The translations under genes and the position numbers were made by a program. A stretch of 64,000 nt of DNA from Narcine bancroftii. Lineage: Eukaryota. The DNA lies in assembly GCF_036971445.1 (NCBI RefSeq), contig NC_091481.1, forward strand, positions 22,816,001-22,880,000, given 5' to 3'. This document shows, piece after piece, positions 13,101 through 28,100 of this stretch (positions are counted from its first letter, which is position 1; every line of letters begins with the position of its first letter). The notes beneath the pieces are model-generated. The model was not told the origin of the DNA, did not search any database, and saw only the letters and a program-made list of their open reading frames with translations.

Positions 13101-16100
13101 GCCTAATAGTGAGAATTGGTGGAGCAAATCTATAGAGAGATAGCAGACTGATTGAAGAAGCAGAAGATTTTAACTTTCCAAATATTGACTAGGACTGCCA
13201 TGCTGTGAAAGGGCTGGACGGCTTGGACTTTGTGTAATGTGTTCAGGAAAGTTTTCCAAATCAATACATGGAGGTACCAACAAGAGAGGATGCAGTTCTT
13301 CATCTCCTATTAGGGATAAAGACAGGTCAGGTGACATGCAAGTGTAGGCAAACATTTTGGGTCCAATGACCATATCATTAGCTTCAACTTAATAATGGAA
13401 AAAGAGAAGTCTGGACCTCGCTTTGGGATTCTAAATTGGAAGAAGGCAAATTTTGTGGAAATGAGAAAGCATCAAAGAAGAGCGGACTGAGATACGTTAT
13501 TTTCTGGTAAGGGCACGTTAAGTAAGTGCATGGCTTTCAAAGGCAAAACTTTGAGAGTGCAGAGTTTGCATGTTCCTGTTAGGATTAAGGGCCAAGGGAT
13601 ATTTGCCATCTGGTTAAGAAGAGGAGAGCGCTGTACAGCAAGTATAGGCAACAAGGAGCTAATGAGGTACTTGAAGAGTAATGAAAATGCAAGAAAATAC
13701 TCAAGGAAATCAGGAAGGCAAAAAGAAGACATGGGTTGCTTTAGCAGATAATGTAAATGTAAACCCAAAGGATTTCTACAAGTACAGTATATTAAAAATA
13801 AAAGGATAGTAAGGGACAAAATTGGTCCCCTAGAGGATTAGAGTGATCAACTATGTGTAGAGCCATATGCAAAATATCTTAAATAGCTTTTTTGCATCAG
13901 TATTTACTCAGGAACCTGACAGAGTGCATTAGGAAGGGAAACACAGAAGTGTCATGGAACAGATGAAGATTGAGGAAGAGGAGGCGCTTGCTTCTTTACA
14001 GTGAATAAAGGTAGATAAATCCCCCAAGTCAGATATGACATTCCTTCGGACCTTGAGGGCAACTCATGTAAAAATTACAGGAGCCCTGGCAGATATATTC
14101 AAAATGTCCTTAGCCACAGGTGAGGTGCTTGAGGATTGGAGGGTAGCTTATGTTGCCCCATTGTTTAGTAGTGGGTGAATTATTGGAAGGATTTCTGAGA
14201 GACAGGATATATAGGTATTTGGACAGCCATGGGCTGATTAAGGACAGTCAGCATGGCTTTACGTAGGGTAGGTTGTGTTTAACATATCTTGTAGAGTTTT
14301 TTTTAGGAGGTTACCAAGAAGGTAGATCGTGTTATATGGCGAGCTCTCCAATGGCCACCGTGACAGAGGTGCACCAAAGAAAAGGTACAAGGACTGCCTA
14401 AAGAAATCTCTTGGTGCCTGCCACATTGACCACCGCCAGTGGGCTGATATCGCCTCAAACCGTGCATCTTGGCGCCTCACAGTTTGGCGGGCAGCAACCT
14501 CCTTTGAAGAAGACCGCAGAGCCCACCTCACTGACAAAAGGCAAAGGAGGCAAAACCCAACACCCAACCACAAGCAACCAATTTTCCCCTGCAGCCGCTG
14601 CAACCGTGTCTGCCTGTCCCACATCGGACTTGTCAGCCACAAACGAGCCTGCAGCTGACGTGGACTTTTACCCCCTCCATAAATCTTCGTCCGCGAAGCC
14701 AAGCCAAAGAAAGAGATGAAGGAAAAGCTATATAGATGTTTTCCCTCATGGACTTTACTAAAGTTTTTGCCAAGGTCCCACATGTGAAGTTAGTTCAGAA
14801 AGTTAAGACACTAGGTATCTATGGAGAGGTTGTAAACTGGATTTGAAATTGGCTGTGTGGGAGAAAACAGAGAGTGATAGTGGATGGTTGCTTCTCAGTC
14901 TGGAGGCCTGTGACTAATGGTGTGCTTCAGGGACCATTGTTGATTGTTATCTATATTAGTGATCTGGATGATAATGTGGTAAATTGGATCAGCAAGTTTG
15001 CTGATTACACAAAGATAGAAGACATTGTGGACAGCGAGGAAGATTTTCAAACCTTGCAGAGGGATCGGGACCAACTGTGAGAATGGACCAAAAAAAATGG
15101 CAGATCGAGTTTAATGCAGACAAGTGTGAAGTGTTGCATTTTGGAAGGGCAAACCAAAGTAGGAAATGCACAGTAAATGGTAGGGCACTGAGGAGTGTGA
15201 AGGAACAAAGGAATTTTGGAATGCAGATACACTGTTCCCCGAAGGTAACATCGCAGGTGGACAGGGTTGTAAAGAAAGCTTTCGGCATCTTAGCCTTATA
15301 CATCAAAGTATTGAGTGTAGGAGTTGGGATGTTAAAATACATTAGTGAGCCAAATTTGGAATATTGTGGGCAGTTCTGGTTGCCTAGTTTCATGAAGGAT
15401 ATCAATAAGATTGAAAGAGTGCAGAGATTTACTAGGATGATGCCAGGTCTTCAGGAGTTGAGTTACAGAGAAAAAATAAACAGGTTAGGACTATATTCAT
15501 TGGAGGAAAGAACAAGGGGAGATTTGATAAACGTTTACAAGATCATGAGAGGTAGAGACAGAGAGGAAGCGAGAGGTCAGTTTTAAGCTGAGAAAGAAAA
15601 GGTTTATGGAGAACATTAGGGGAAGTTCTTCAGAGTGGTGTGAGTGTGGGATGAGCTGCCATCTGATGTGGTGAAATGTGGGCTCAATCTTAAGTTTTAA
15701 GAATAAATTGGATGGATACATGGAAGGGGAGCAGATCAACAGTCAAGAAGGGCCAAATTGCTTGTCTTCTGTGCTGTAGCATTCTATTGTTTCTATGGAA
15801 ACCATGTTACATCGAGCAAACAAATGGCTGAAGTTTTTTTCTCACCCTGCCAAAATTGCACGACTGGCCGACATACTACGATTTCGATTTGACGTGGATT
15901 GCTGCGCCGACGACCCAGGCCTTGGTTGTGTTCGAGGAGTGAATGTTGGAATACTTGACAATCGACGATTTAATGGCGTCGGTAAGCCAGATAATTGTCT
16001 TGTGTCAGGTGTCATTGAAACTCTTCTGTTTGAAAGATTAGCAGTTTGCAGCATTCCTCTAGGAAGAGGTTTGTTTGGAGTAGTAGCTACTGTACCTCTG

Positions 16101-19100
16101 ATGAAGAGTCAATGAAATTAGCACATTTTCAACCAAAGAATCCACAACATTATGAAAATTATTTGTACCTATTAGCGACAAGAAAAACAATTCTACAATC
16201 TGAAAGGAAAAAGTTTAAAAAATTGAAACCTGCTACTTAAAAGTTGGTTGTCGGGTCATATTTTTTCTGGGACTTGAGATAGTGACAGAGCAGTGAGATA
16301 GGTTGTACCAGAAAAGTGAGTTTATATCCTCTCATGCGGAGAGTTGTGGGTGCCTGGAATGCCTTGTCAGGGATGGCGGTGGAGGCTGAAACCTGAGTGG
16401 CATTTAAGGCTCAGACAGGTACATGGATGGAAGAAAAATAGAGGGTTCCAGAGTAGGAAGGGTTTAGTACTCTTTAAAAAAAAAAGGAATATATGGGTCA
16501 GCACAACATTGAGGGCCAAAGGCCCTGCACTGTGCTGTAGTGTTCGACGTTCAATATTAAGCAGAATGAACACAGGCAAGCTTCAGGTATGCACTGGATT
16601 ATCCATGCATTTCCAACATCACTCATTTCAGTACCTTTATCCATACCAAGTAACAAGAATGAGGAAAGCTCCATCCTATTCCAAAAAAAAGGAAGAAACT
16701 TGATAGCTAATTGTAACTAAGTGCAAAGGCACAAACATTTATTATGGAAAGGCAATGAAGCTCAGATGCAATGCAACTGGATAAAACAACGCAATAGGTT
16801 AATTTACTTATTGATAAATAAACTTTAGAAAGAAGTATTTGTATACACAGATCATCCACAAATATTTAATCTAATAATATACTTGTATTGGTATTCTATT
16901 ATCAATAGAATCAGATGCAATTACCTTTCAAATGTATTGCACACCGAAGGCTTCTTTGGTTGAGTTTTGTTTGGTCTTGCAGTTCCAGGTGAAGATACTT
17001 AATGGAATATAAAATTTTTAAAAAGATAAAAGATTAGTTAGGACCAATGAATCATCCTTCAAAAAACTTTATTTGAGAGTGCACTTTCCCCAAACATAAT
17101 TACCCAATAGTTTATAAAGTAATAATGTTGACTAGTTTGTGTGCACATAAATTGTACAAAAGTAGATCTTGGAACCATAGAACATTACAGCAAAGAAACA
17201 GGCCTCTTTGGCCCGTCTAGTCTGTGCCAAACGATTTTTTCTGCCTAGTACCACTGTCCTGCATCCAGTCCAAAGCCCTGCATACCTACCCAATCCATGT
17301 ACCTGTTCAAATTTTTCTTAAATGTTACAACAAAGACCACATTCACCATTTCAGCTGGCAGCTCATTCTACACTCCCACAACTCTGTGTGAAGAGTTTTC
17401 CCTTATTACCCCTAAACCTTTCCCTTTTCACCCTTAACCCATGTCCTCTGCTTTGTATCTCACCTACCCTCAGTGGAAAAAGCCTACCTATACTTACTCT
17501 TTCTATCCCACTCATAATTTTAAATACCTCATTCTTCTACGCTCCAAGGAATAAAGTCCTAACCTGTTTAACCTTTCCCTGTAACTCAGTTCCTGAAGTC
17601 TGGGCAACATCCTGGCAAATATTCTCTGCACTCTTTCTATCCTATTGATATCTTTCGTGTTGTTAGGTGACCAAAACCACACACAATATTCCAAATGTGG
17701 CCTCACCAACATCTTATACAACTTTACCATAACATTACAACTCCTGTACTCAATACTTTGATTTATGAAGGCCAATATGCCAAAAGCTCTCTCTACAATG
17801 CTGTGATGCCACTTTCAGGAAATTACTGTATCTATATTTCCAGATCCCTCTGTTCCACAGTACTCCTCAGTGCCCTATTTACTGTGCATCTCCTTTCTTG
17901 GTCTATCCTTCCAAATTGCGACATCTCACACTTGTCTGCATTAAATTCCATCCGCCATTTTTCAACCCATTTTCGTCTGAAAGTTTTGAAAACCTTCTTC
18001 GCTGTCCACAACACCTCCAATCTTAGTGCTACTGAGCAAACTTGCTGATCCAATTTACCACACCCAGATCATTGATATAGATGACACATAACAATGATCC
18101 CAGCACTGATTCCTGTGATACACCACTAGTCACAATCCTCCAGTCTGTGAAGCAAACATCCACCAGTACTCACTGGCTTCTCCCGTCCAGCCATCCTCGA
18201 ATCCAGTTCACCATGAATACCAAGTGTCTGAACTGTCCTGAATATAATCCACAGTCTTTCCTTCATCAACTTTCCTGGTACCTTCTTGAAAAACTAAGAT
18301 TGGATAAACACAACCTACCATGCACAAGGCTATGTTGACTAACCCTAATCATTTTCTGGTTATCCAAATAATTGTATATCTGATCTCTTAGAAAACCTTC
18401 CAATCATTTACTTACTACTGATGTCAGACTCAGCAGCCTATAATTTCCAGGAGTACTTTTGGAGCAATTTTTTTTTAAACAATATGAGCCACCCTTGAAT
18501 CCACCCACACCATACCCGTGGTTAAGGACATGTTAAATATTTTGTCCAGAGCCCCTGCAATTTCTACAACACTAGTCTCCCTCAAGATCAGAGAATACCT
18601 TGTCAGGCCCTGGGGATTTGTCCACCATTGTTTGCTTTAAGGCAGCAAGCACCTTCCTTGTTTAATCTGTATCGGTTCCATGATCTCACTGCTTGCTTTC
18701 CTTACTTCTCTCAAATATGCCAGTTTCTGAATGAATACTGATGAGAAATTTTTTTTAAGGTATCTCCCATCTCTTTTGGCTCCATACATAGCCAACCACG
18801 CTGATCTTCAAGGGGACCAATTTTCTCCTTTACTATCCTTTTGCTCTTAATTGTAGAAACCCTTAGGATTTTCCTTTACACTGTCTGCCAAAGCAACCTC
18901 GTGCCTTCTTTTAGCCTTCCCAATGTTTCTCCTGTATTTCAAGTACGTCATTTGTTCTGTGTTGCCTTATACCTGCTGTACACCTCTTCTTCCAAACTAG
19001 ATCTCTAATATCCCTCGAAAACCAAGGTTCCTTATACCTCTTAGCCTTGCCTTTAATCCTGACAGCAACATACCAATTGAAAATTTCACATTTGAAGGTC

Positions 19101-22100
19101 TTCCACTTGCGTCACATATCCTTGCCCGAAAACAACTTATCCCAATCCAGGCATTCTAGATCCTTTTGCATTTCCACAAAATTGGCTTTTCTCAAATTTA
19201 GAATCTTAACCTGAGCCCCAGACCTGTTGTTCTCCATAATTAACTTGGAACTAATGGCATGATCATCAGTGGACCCAAAATGTTTCCCTACACATACCTC
19301 TGTCGCTTGTCCCGTCTCAAACCTTAATAAGTGATCCCGTATTGCACTCTCTCTAGTTGGTACCTCTATATATTCATTTTAGAAAGCTTCCCTGAACATA
19401 TTTGGCAATCTCCAAGACATCCACCCCTTTTACTTTATGGGTGTCCTAGTGAATACGTGGAAAGTTAAAATCAGCTGCTGCTATTTCTCTACAGATTTGC
19501 ACCTTCAATTTACATTACTGAGTGTCTACAACCCTACGATTGTAGTCATACCTTACCCATTCCTCAACTCCACCCATATAGCCTTGGTAGATGAGCCCTC
19601 TAGTCTGTTCTGCCCGAGTACAGCTATGATGTTTTCCCTGATGAGCAATGCCTCTCCTCCCCTTTCATTCCCCCCCCCCCCCCACCAAATCGCATAATAT
19701 GTGTGGAAACAAAATACTTAAGCTATCTACCAGAAACAGCACATTGGCAAAATTCAGATGCAAGTTCATTGTTATACAGAAGGAAACTATTTTGGTAATA
19801 ACAGTAATGTAGTTAGGAGTGGAATTATTCTTCTCATTTATCTTCTTCTGTGTGAACTTTTCATTCAACTACTTGTACTTTTAACACTGAACATCTAAGC
19901 AGTGACTTCTACTTGTGATACACAATTATTCAACACAGTTGAGATTGAAAAAAAACCCAGCCTCAAGGTAGATGAGATTCCTAATTATCCAAGTTTTCAT
20001 TAATTCAAATAATTGTTTACCATTGAACTTCTGTGGAGCTCGTAAAAATGGTTTTGCCTTTGACCATGTATCTTGTCCATTTATAGCTTTACTTGATTTG
20101 ACTGGTACATCAACCTTCTTTGTAGTCGTGGAGTTAATTCTCCCCAAGCCTTGATTTGATGCAGTCTGTGTCCCTTGCCTTGTCATTTTTCCAGGCGTGG
20201 AAAGTTTGGATAGATTTGCTGGTTTCAGTAATTGTGTGTTTGGAGCGGTGGCTGCACATGTAGAATTTGATAGCTTGGTTTTTGGTGCAGCAACTCTGGT
20301 TCCATTCTTGGGGGCTTGCAAGTTTGACATGTTCAAGGGCATGTTTAGTGATGACGCTACCAAAACAACCACATACAGGTACTTTAAAAACAAGGATTAA
20401 AACAAAAGTGCAAGTGCTGAAAGTCTGCAATATAAACAGAAAATGAGTCAGAGCTCGACAATTCATCAACTAAGCTAGTCCCAATTGCCTGCATTTGTTC
20501 CATGTCTGTCTTTAAAAATTTTTCCCCTCATAAATATACATCAAAATTTTCCATTTTAAAAATATATAAAAACCATAATATAAATATAGTTAAAAAAAAA
20601 CAACAGCCCTTATCCTCTCCCCCCGCCCCCACCCCCCCCCCCCCTTCACAGTATAAATCTGAACACCATCAGATCTTATAGTTGAGTATAAAAAGAAAAT
20701 ATTCATTGGGGAGGTCATGTATTTATTCTTTTTTTAAATAATAGCATGTATTATTATCTTTATTATTGTTATATTTGGGCCCCTATATAATCCAAATACG
20801 GTTGCCATATTTTTATAAATATGTCATACTTGTTCTTTAGATTATATGTGATTTCCCCCCCCACCCCCCATAGATATACAATTGTTCACCTGTCTTCCAT
20901 TGTGCTAGCTGTAGAGGGGAGTCGGATTTCCAAGTAATTGCAATACATTTCTTAGCTACAGCTAAAGCTACCTAAACAAATTGGAATTTAGTTAGTTTAT
21001 TACTTATTTCAATAAAGTTGCCATCTGTAAAGGCCACTGGCTTCTTTGACTACCTCTGAGGTAGGTCAGGGACCCACTTTGATTCCTTGTTGGTATTTCA
21101 GTAATATCCTGCCAGAAAGGTCTCACCTTCACACACGACCACGTAGCACGTACAAACATTCCTATTTCTGCTCCACATCTAAAACACATCTCCAATATTT
21201 CTGATTTTCCAGTGTCATTTTCTCCCCCTTTCCCCCCTCCCTTCCTTCCCTCCTTCCCATCCACTAAACGTTCAACATATACAATACATTAAACCCATTA
21301 AACAATGTCATCACACAATGAAAATTAACAAGAAAATTATGTCATCTACTTTTACATACTGGGTCAGTTAATTTCATCTTCTTCTCATTCTGTCATTTTA
21401 GGTGGTGGAGGTCCGCAGTAGGACCTCTCTGTTGTGTTCCATGTACGGTTTCCAAATTTGTTCGAATACTGTGATGTTATTTCTTAAATTATATGTTCAA
21501 ATTGCATTTCACATGTCCAAATTGCATGTACTGTTGTTCCCGTTTCCTTCTTACAGCAAAAACATCTGATACTGTTGGGTCCCATTTATTTAACTTTTGG
21601 GGCGTGGTGTATAGCCTGTGTAACCAATTATACTGTATCATGCGTAACCTCATGTTTATTATATTTCTCATAGTTCCAGAGCATAGCTTTTCCCATGTTT
21701 TCTTCTTTATCTTTATGTTTAGATCTTGTTCCCACTTTTGTTTGGGTTTACAGCTTATTTCATCGTTCTCTTTCTCTTTCAGTTTGATGTACATGTTTGT
21801 TATAAATCTTTTAATTATCATTGTGTCTGTAATAACATTTTCAAAGATGCCTCCTTCTGGTAACCTCAGCCTGCTTCCCAATTTGTCCTTCAAGTAGGTT
21901 TTCAGTTGGTGGTATGCAAACAATGTACCGTGAATTATACCATATTTGTACTTCATTTGTTCAAAAGATAATAATTTATTTCCCGAAAAACAATTTTCTA
22001 TTCTTTTGATCCCTTTTCTCTCCCATTCTCTAAAGGAAAGGTTATCTATTGTGAAAGGGATTAGTTGATTTTGCGTCAATATTAATTTTGGTAATTGATA

Positions 22101-25100
22101 ATTTGTTTTTTTCCTTTCTACGTGAATCTTCTTCCAAATGTTGAGCAGATGGTGCAGTACTGGTGAATTCCTATGTTACACCAGCTTTTCATCCCACTTA
22201 TATAGTATATGTTCAGGTACCTTCTCCTTACGTACAACAAACATATCTTATTCCTTTGTCATACCATGAATTCAATATTTTGTAACAGTAGTATATTTTT
22301 ACATAATGGTGTCCTGATACATTCATTTATTTCTTGCCATATTCTAATCATATGTATTAAAATAGGATTATCTGTTTTTTTTGTCAATTTATAAATAAAG
22401 TCCTTCATTGTCCTCTTATTGAGTTCAGTCCCATTTGATCCACAAGGGGGGGATGTTTTCTTCAAAGAAAGATGATAGAAATCTTGCTTGTTCTGATAAA
22501 TAATACTTAAAATCTGGAAGACTAAGTCCTTGCAATTTATAATCCCATGTTAATTTTTCCAGTGCAATTCTTGGTAATTTGCTATTTCATAGGAATTGTC
22601 TTATATAATTATGTAATAATTTAAAGAAATTTTTACTTAGTGCAATAGGCAACGATTGAAAGAAATACTGTAGTCTTGGCATTATCTTCATTTTTATACA
22701 ATTTATTCTTAACCCGCTAAAGTAATCTGCAGATCCTTCCATTTCTGTAAATCTTGTTCTATTTTTTCCAGCAGAGGGGTATAATTAATCTTATATAAAT
22801 TCTGTAAATGATTACCTATCATTATTCCTAAGTATTTAATTTCATCTTTCTTCCATTTAGATCTACTACCTTTTTGGTATCTTTCATAATCAAAGATCTG
22901 TAATGGCATTATTTCACTTTTATCCATATTTATTTTATATCCTGATATTCTTCCATATTTTTCTAATATTATCAAAGATTCAGCTGGGTCAGATATCAGC
23001 AAATAAACTAACTTTATGTTCTTCTTGTCCATCTTTGAAGCCATTAATATCCTGATCCTTCCTATCACCTCTACCAATGGTTCAATAGCTAGGAAAAATA
23101 ATGCTCTACTCAAGGGAAAAATAGATGACATCTGAAAATTATTTATAATTTCAGCTTGTGGCTTATGATAGAGCTTTTTCCTCAAATTTATAAATTTTCT
23201 ACCTATCCCATGTCCAGATGTCTTTTGAACAATACAAAATTCAATAGCATTGGCAATGCAGGATCAACAATGTGGGTAGGTTTGTGGCTGGGGTACTTCA
23301 ATTTTAGATTCTTGTGACAAGTAAAACATACCAAAAAACTGTTATATTCATGGAGGGATTGCCTGTTGTAGGTCATTGCAACCTTAATATTATTGCCAGT
23401 GGCCATCGTGGGGTTTTTTTGCTATCTGTGGAAAATACACACTTTGAACTTTTGCAAAATATAAGAGAGCTTAATGCACATCACTATATACTGTAAATAG
23501 AAGTTGTCAGACTTGGGCTACACAACTGAAGTCACACACAAAATGGTCCTTGAGTACATCAGAAGAACTGGCAAATTCACATTTATAAAATCAATAAATA
23601 GGAATCTTGAAGTCATTTCTTTCCTTTAAGATTTCTCCTACAAGGCCATCTAGTTTCAACATCAAGGCAGGAGTCAGTACTTTCAAGTGAAAGTAACTTG
23701 AGTTTTCATTGTCAATTTACAGAAGCCAATGAAACAAAACCTCCCTGCAATGGCTTGTGCTCCCTTATACACACATCAGATTCCATTTTTTTTTTAAGTC
23801 AAACAAAATTAATGTTAAAATCAGTTGACAAGCAAATCACAAATTTAAAAAAGCTGCAAAACTGAAACATCAACTTACATCGGCCAACAGGTGGAGAAGT
23901 GCGATGATTAGAATGGAGACTGGATGTAGATAATGAAGTTCGATTGAGAGAATGTCCTGCCACACCAGCATCATTCTTCCTTATGGAACTTGAAGCCTTA
24001 AGTCCAGATGGTTTGTGTATGCAGAGCTGCAGTTAAAAATAAACTCCCTTCAGATGGATCGACTACAAAAGATTTTCTTCTTAACCAGATTATTCAGTTT
24101 CCTTTGTGCTGCATAATTTTTGATAACTATATATGCAGAGGGGAAAAAAGATTTAAAAAAAACAATAATCCATTCCCAAGGACCCATCCTGCTCATATCC
24201 TCAATATATTCCCAACTATATTGGCCTCTGGAGCAATTCAGGAAAGCCAAGTGTTAAAAAGACCATTGCTGATGTCATATTTGCTAACTAAGATTAGACA
24301 AGCTAAACCAACCTGATTACATCTCACTTTCAATGACATTCTCTTGTGGGTTTGCACCATCGGCCAGACTGAAAAAGCTATAGCATAAAATGAGCAGGTT
24401 TTCTCACAGTTTAAAATAATAAAAGTTCTGAGCCACAGATGTTTGCCATGAATAGAAAAGGCACTGGAAGAATTATTGTGTTTATAAAGAGGTCAAGAGA
24501 AAAAGGGTTTGAAGCATTTTTCCCAGTGAGTAGGACAAATCCAATCAATCTATCATCAAGGTGGCATTAAACACATTTACTCATCAATAAATCAAGGTTA
24601 TTATCAAGTGCAACCTGACAAAACAGTGTTCTCCAGTCCTCGGTACAAAACATGCAGACACACAACCAGACAAACAATACATATGCAGGACAAGTATTCA
24701 TACATACAGATCAATTGTTTCACAATTATGAGAGTTAGCGCAAGCAGTTCTTTTGGTCATTCAGCATTCTCGCTGCATGTGGAAAGAAGCGGTTTCTCAG
24801 CCTGGTGGTGCTGGCTGATGGAAGTAGCTGAAAGATGTGTGCAGAGTGGAAGGGGTCCTCAATGATTTTTGCGTGCCCCCTTCAGGCTATGATCCCAGAT
24901 TACATCGATTGGGGTGGTGGCAGCGGTGGGGGGTGGGGGGAAGATGAGTTAGAGAGACTCCAGTGATCCTCTCTGCTAAACTTAGGGTCCTGACCTCCAA
25001 ACCATTTCTCTGCAGCAACCGTACCACACTGTGATGCAACCGCCCAGGCACTCTACAAAAGAGCTCCTGCAGAAGGTTGACATAATGGTAGCTGGTAGCC

Positions 25101-28100
25101 TTACCCGCTTCTGTCTTCTCAGGAAGTGCAGTTGCTGTTTTGCCTTCCTGACAAGTGAGGAGATGTTGGTGTGTCCATGATGGATCACTAGTAAGTGGAC
25201 TTCAAGGAACTCTGTGCTCCCCACTTCCTCCACTACAGACTTACTGATGTATAGTGGAGAGTCGTTGATCTTGTCCTCCTAAAGTCTCCAACCATCTCTT
25301 TTGTCTTGTCCACATTGAAACTCTGGTTGTTATTCTCGCACCATATCATGAGATTTTCCTCCTCTTCTCTGTAGTGCGATTCATCGTTGTTGCCGGAGGC
25401 CAACAGGTGGAGAAATGCCAACTTCAAAACACGTTTGGAGCTGGATCTAGCGATACCGTCATAGGTCTGTAGTGTGAACAGGAGTGGGCTGAGTACACAG
25501 CCCTGAGGTGAGCCAGTGCTCAGCGTGACGGTGCTTGATCCCCAGGACTGCTAAACTCCACATTTCAAAGCTTTTGTCCAAAAGTGGACAAAAAATCTGA
25601 ATTGCAGAGGCTGGTTGAAAGTCCTGCCTCTGAGGCAGTATTTCATGAAGAACAGTAGCAAGTGAGGGTCATTCTCTGAGATGCATATATTTTAATGCAA
25701 GAAGCATAGTGAACAAGGTAGATGAGCTGAGAGCATGGATAGATACTTGGGGTCACGATATTGTGGCAATTAGTGAGACCTGGCTACAGGAGGGGCAGGA
25801 CTGGCAACTTAATATTCCAGGATACATTTGTTTTAGATGTGATAGATCAGGGGGTAAAAAAGGAGGAGGAGTTGCTCTGCTTGTTAAGGAGGACATTACT
25901 GCCGTGAGGTGTCAGGATGGTATGGAGGGATCGACCAGTGAGGCTGTTTGGGTGGAATTGAGGGGTGGAGGAGGCAAGAGGGTGCTAATAGAGGTGTATT
26001 ACAGACCACCAAATGGGCCAAGAAAATTAGAGGAACAAATTTGTAGGGAGATAACGTATATGTGTGAAAATCATAAGGTAGTGATCATGGGAGATTTTAA
26101 CTTCCCACACATTGATTGGGATACCCATACGGTTAGAGGACTGGATGGGCTGGAGTTCGTTAAATGTGTTCAGGATTGTTTTCTAAATCAGTTAGTAGAA
26201 GAACCGACTCGGGACGGTGTAATACTGGATTTCCTGTTAGGGAACGAGCTAGGTCAGGTAGCAGACATTAATGTTGGAGAACCAATTGGGTCTAGTGATC
26301 ATAATTCTGTTAGTTTTAGGGTAGTTTTAGGGAAGAGCAAGGAGAGTCCTAAAGTTGAGGTTCTGGATTGGAAAAGAGCAAATTTCGAAGGAATAAGAAG
26401 GGATTTGGGGAGTATTAAGTGGGACAGGATATTTTCAGGTAAGGATGTTAATGAAAAATGGAGGATATTCAAAAAATAAATTTTGAGGGTACAGAGTAGT
26501 TATGTCCCAGTGTGGATCAAAGGAAAGGCTGGAAGTCATAGGGAGGTTTGGTTTTCGAGGAATATTAGAAATTTGGTTAGGAGAAAAAGGGAGGTGTACA
26601 AGAGGTATAAAGAGCAGGGAGCTGAGAAGTTGAAGGAGGACTACAAGGAGTGTAGAAGGAATCTTAAGAAAGAAATTAGAAAGGCCAAAAAAAGGCATGA
26701 AGAGGCTTTGGTTGACAGAGTAAATATAAATCCAAAGGGTTTCTATAAGTACATTAAAAGTAAATGATTAGTGAGAGATAAAATTGGACCCCTTGTAGAT
26801 ACGAGGGTAGGCTGAGTGAGAAGTCTGAGGAAATGGGGGAAATTTTGAATGATTTCTTTGCCTCGGTATTCACTAGGGAAAAAAATGTTGAACCAGTTGA
26901 AGTAAAGAAAAATAGTGGGGAGGTCATGAAGCATATAAGGATAACCGAGGAGGTAGTGATGGCTGTGTTAAAAAAGATAAAGGTGGATAAATCTCCCGGA
27001 CCGGACAAAATATTCCCTAGGACACTCAGGGAGGCTAGTGGACAGTTAGTGGGGCCATTAACAGAGATATTTAGGATGTCACTGACCACGGGGGTGGTGC
27101 CAAAGGATTGGAAGGTGGCACATGTGGTTCCTCTGTTTAAGAAAGGGTCCAAATGCAAACCTGGGAATTATAGGCCTGTAAGTCTGATGTCTGTGGTGGG
27201 CAAGTTGATGGAAAGTGTTCTGAGGGAAGCTATTTACAAATTTTTTGGAGGTACAGGGATTGATAGGGAGTAATCAGCATGGTTTTGTCAGGGGTAGATC
27301 ATGCTTGACAAAACTGATTGAGTTCTTCGAGGGGGTTACAAAAAAGGTTGATGAAGGGAAAGCTGTGGATGTTGTCTATTTGGACTTTAGTAAAGCTTTT
27401 GACAAAGTTCCCCACAGGAGGTTAGGAAAAAAGGTGGAGGCATTAGGTATAAATAAAGAGGTAGTGAAATGGATTCAGCAGTGGTTGGATGGGAGGTGTC
27501 AGAGAGTAGTGGTAGAAAATTGTTTGTCCAATTGGAGGCCGGTGACTAGTGGAGTTCCTCAGGGTTCGGTCCTGGGTCCACTATTATTTGTTATATATAT
27601 TAACGATCTGGATGTAGGGGTGGAGAATTGGATAAGCAAGTTTGCAGATGACACAAAGATTGGTGGTGTTGTGGACAGTGAGGTAGATTACCGTAGATTA
27701 AAAGGTGATTTAGGAAGGCTGGAGGTGTGGGCTGAGAAATGGCTGATGGAATTTAATACAGATAAATGTGAGGTGCTGCATTTTGGAAAGGCAAATTTAA
27801 ATAGGTCATATACATTGAATGGTAGACAATTGAGGAGTGCAGAGCAACAAAGGGATTTAAGAGTTATGGTAAATAGTACCCTCAAGGCTGATACTCAGGT
27901 AGATGGTGTGGTGAAGAAGGCATTTGGAATGTTGGCCTTCATAAATCGGAGTATTGAATTCAAGAGTAGGGAGGTTATGATGAAATTGTACAAGGCATTG
28001 GTGAGGCCAAATTTGGAGTACTGTGTACAGTTTTGGTCACCAAATTATAGGAAAGATATAAACAAAATAGAGAGAAATTTGACAGGATTTCAGGGTCTGA

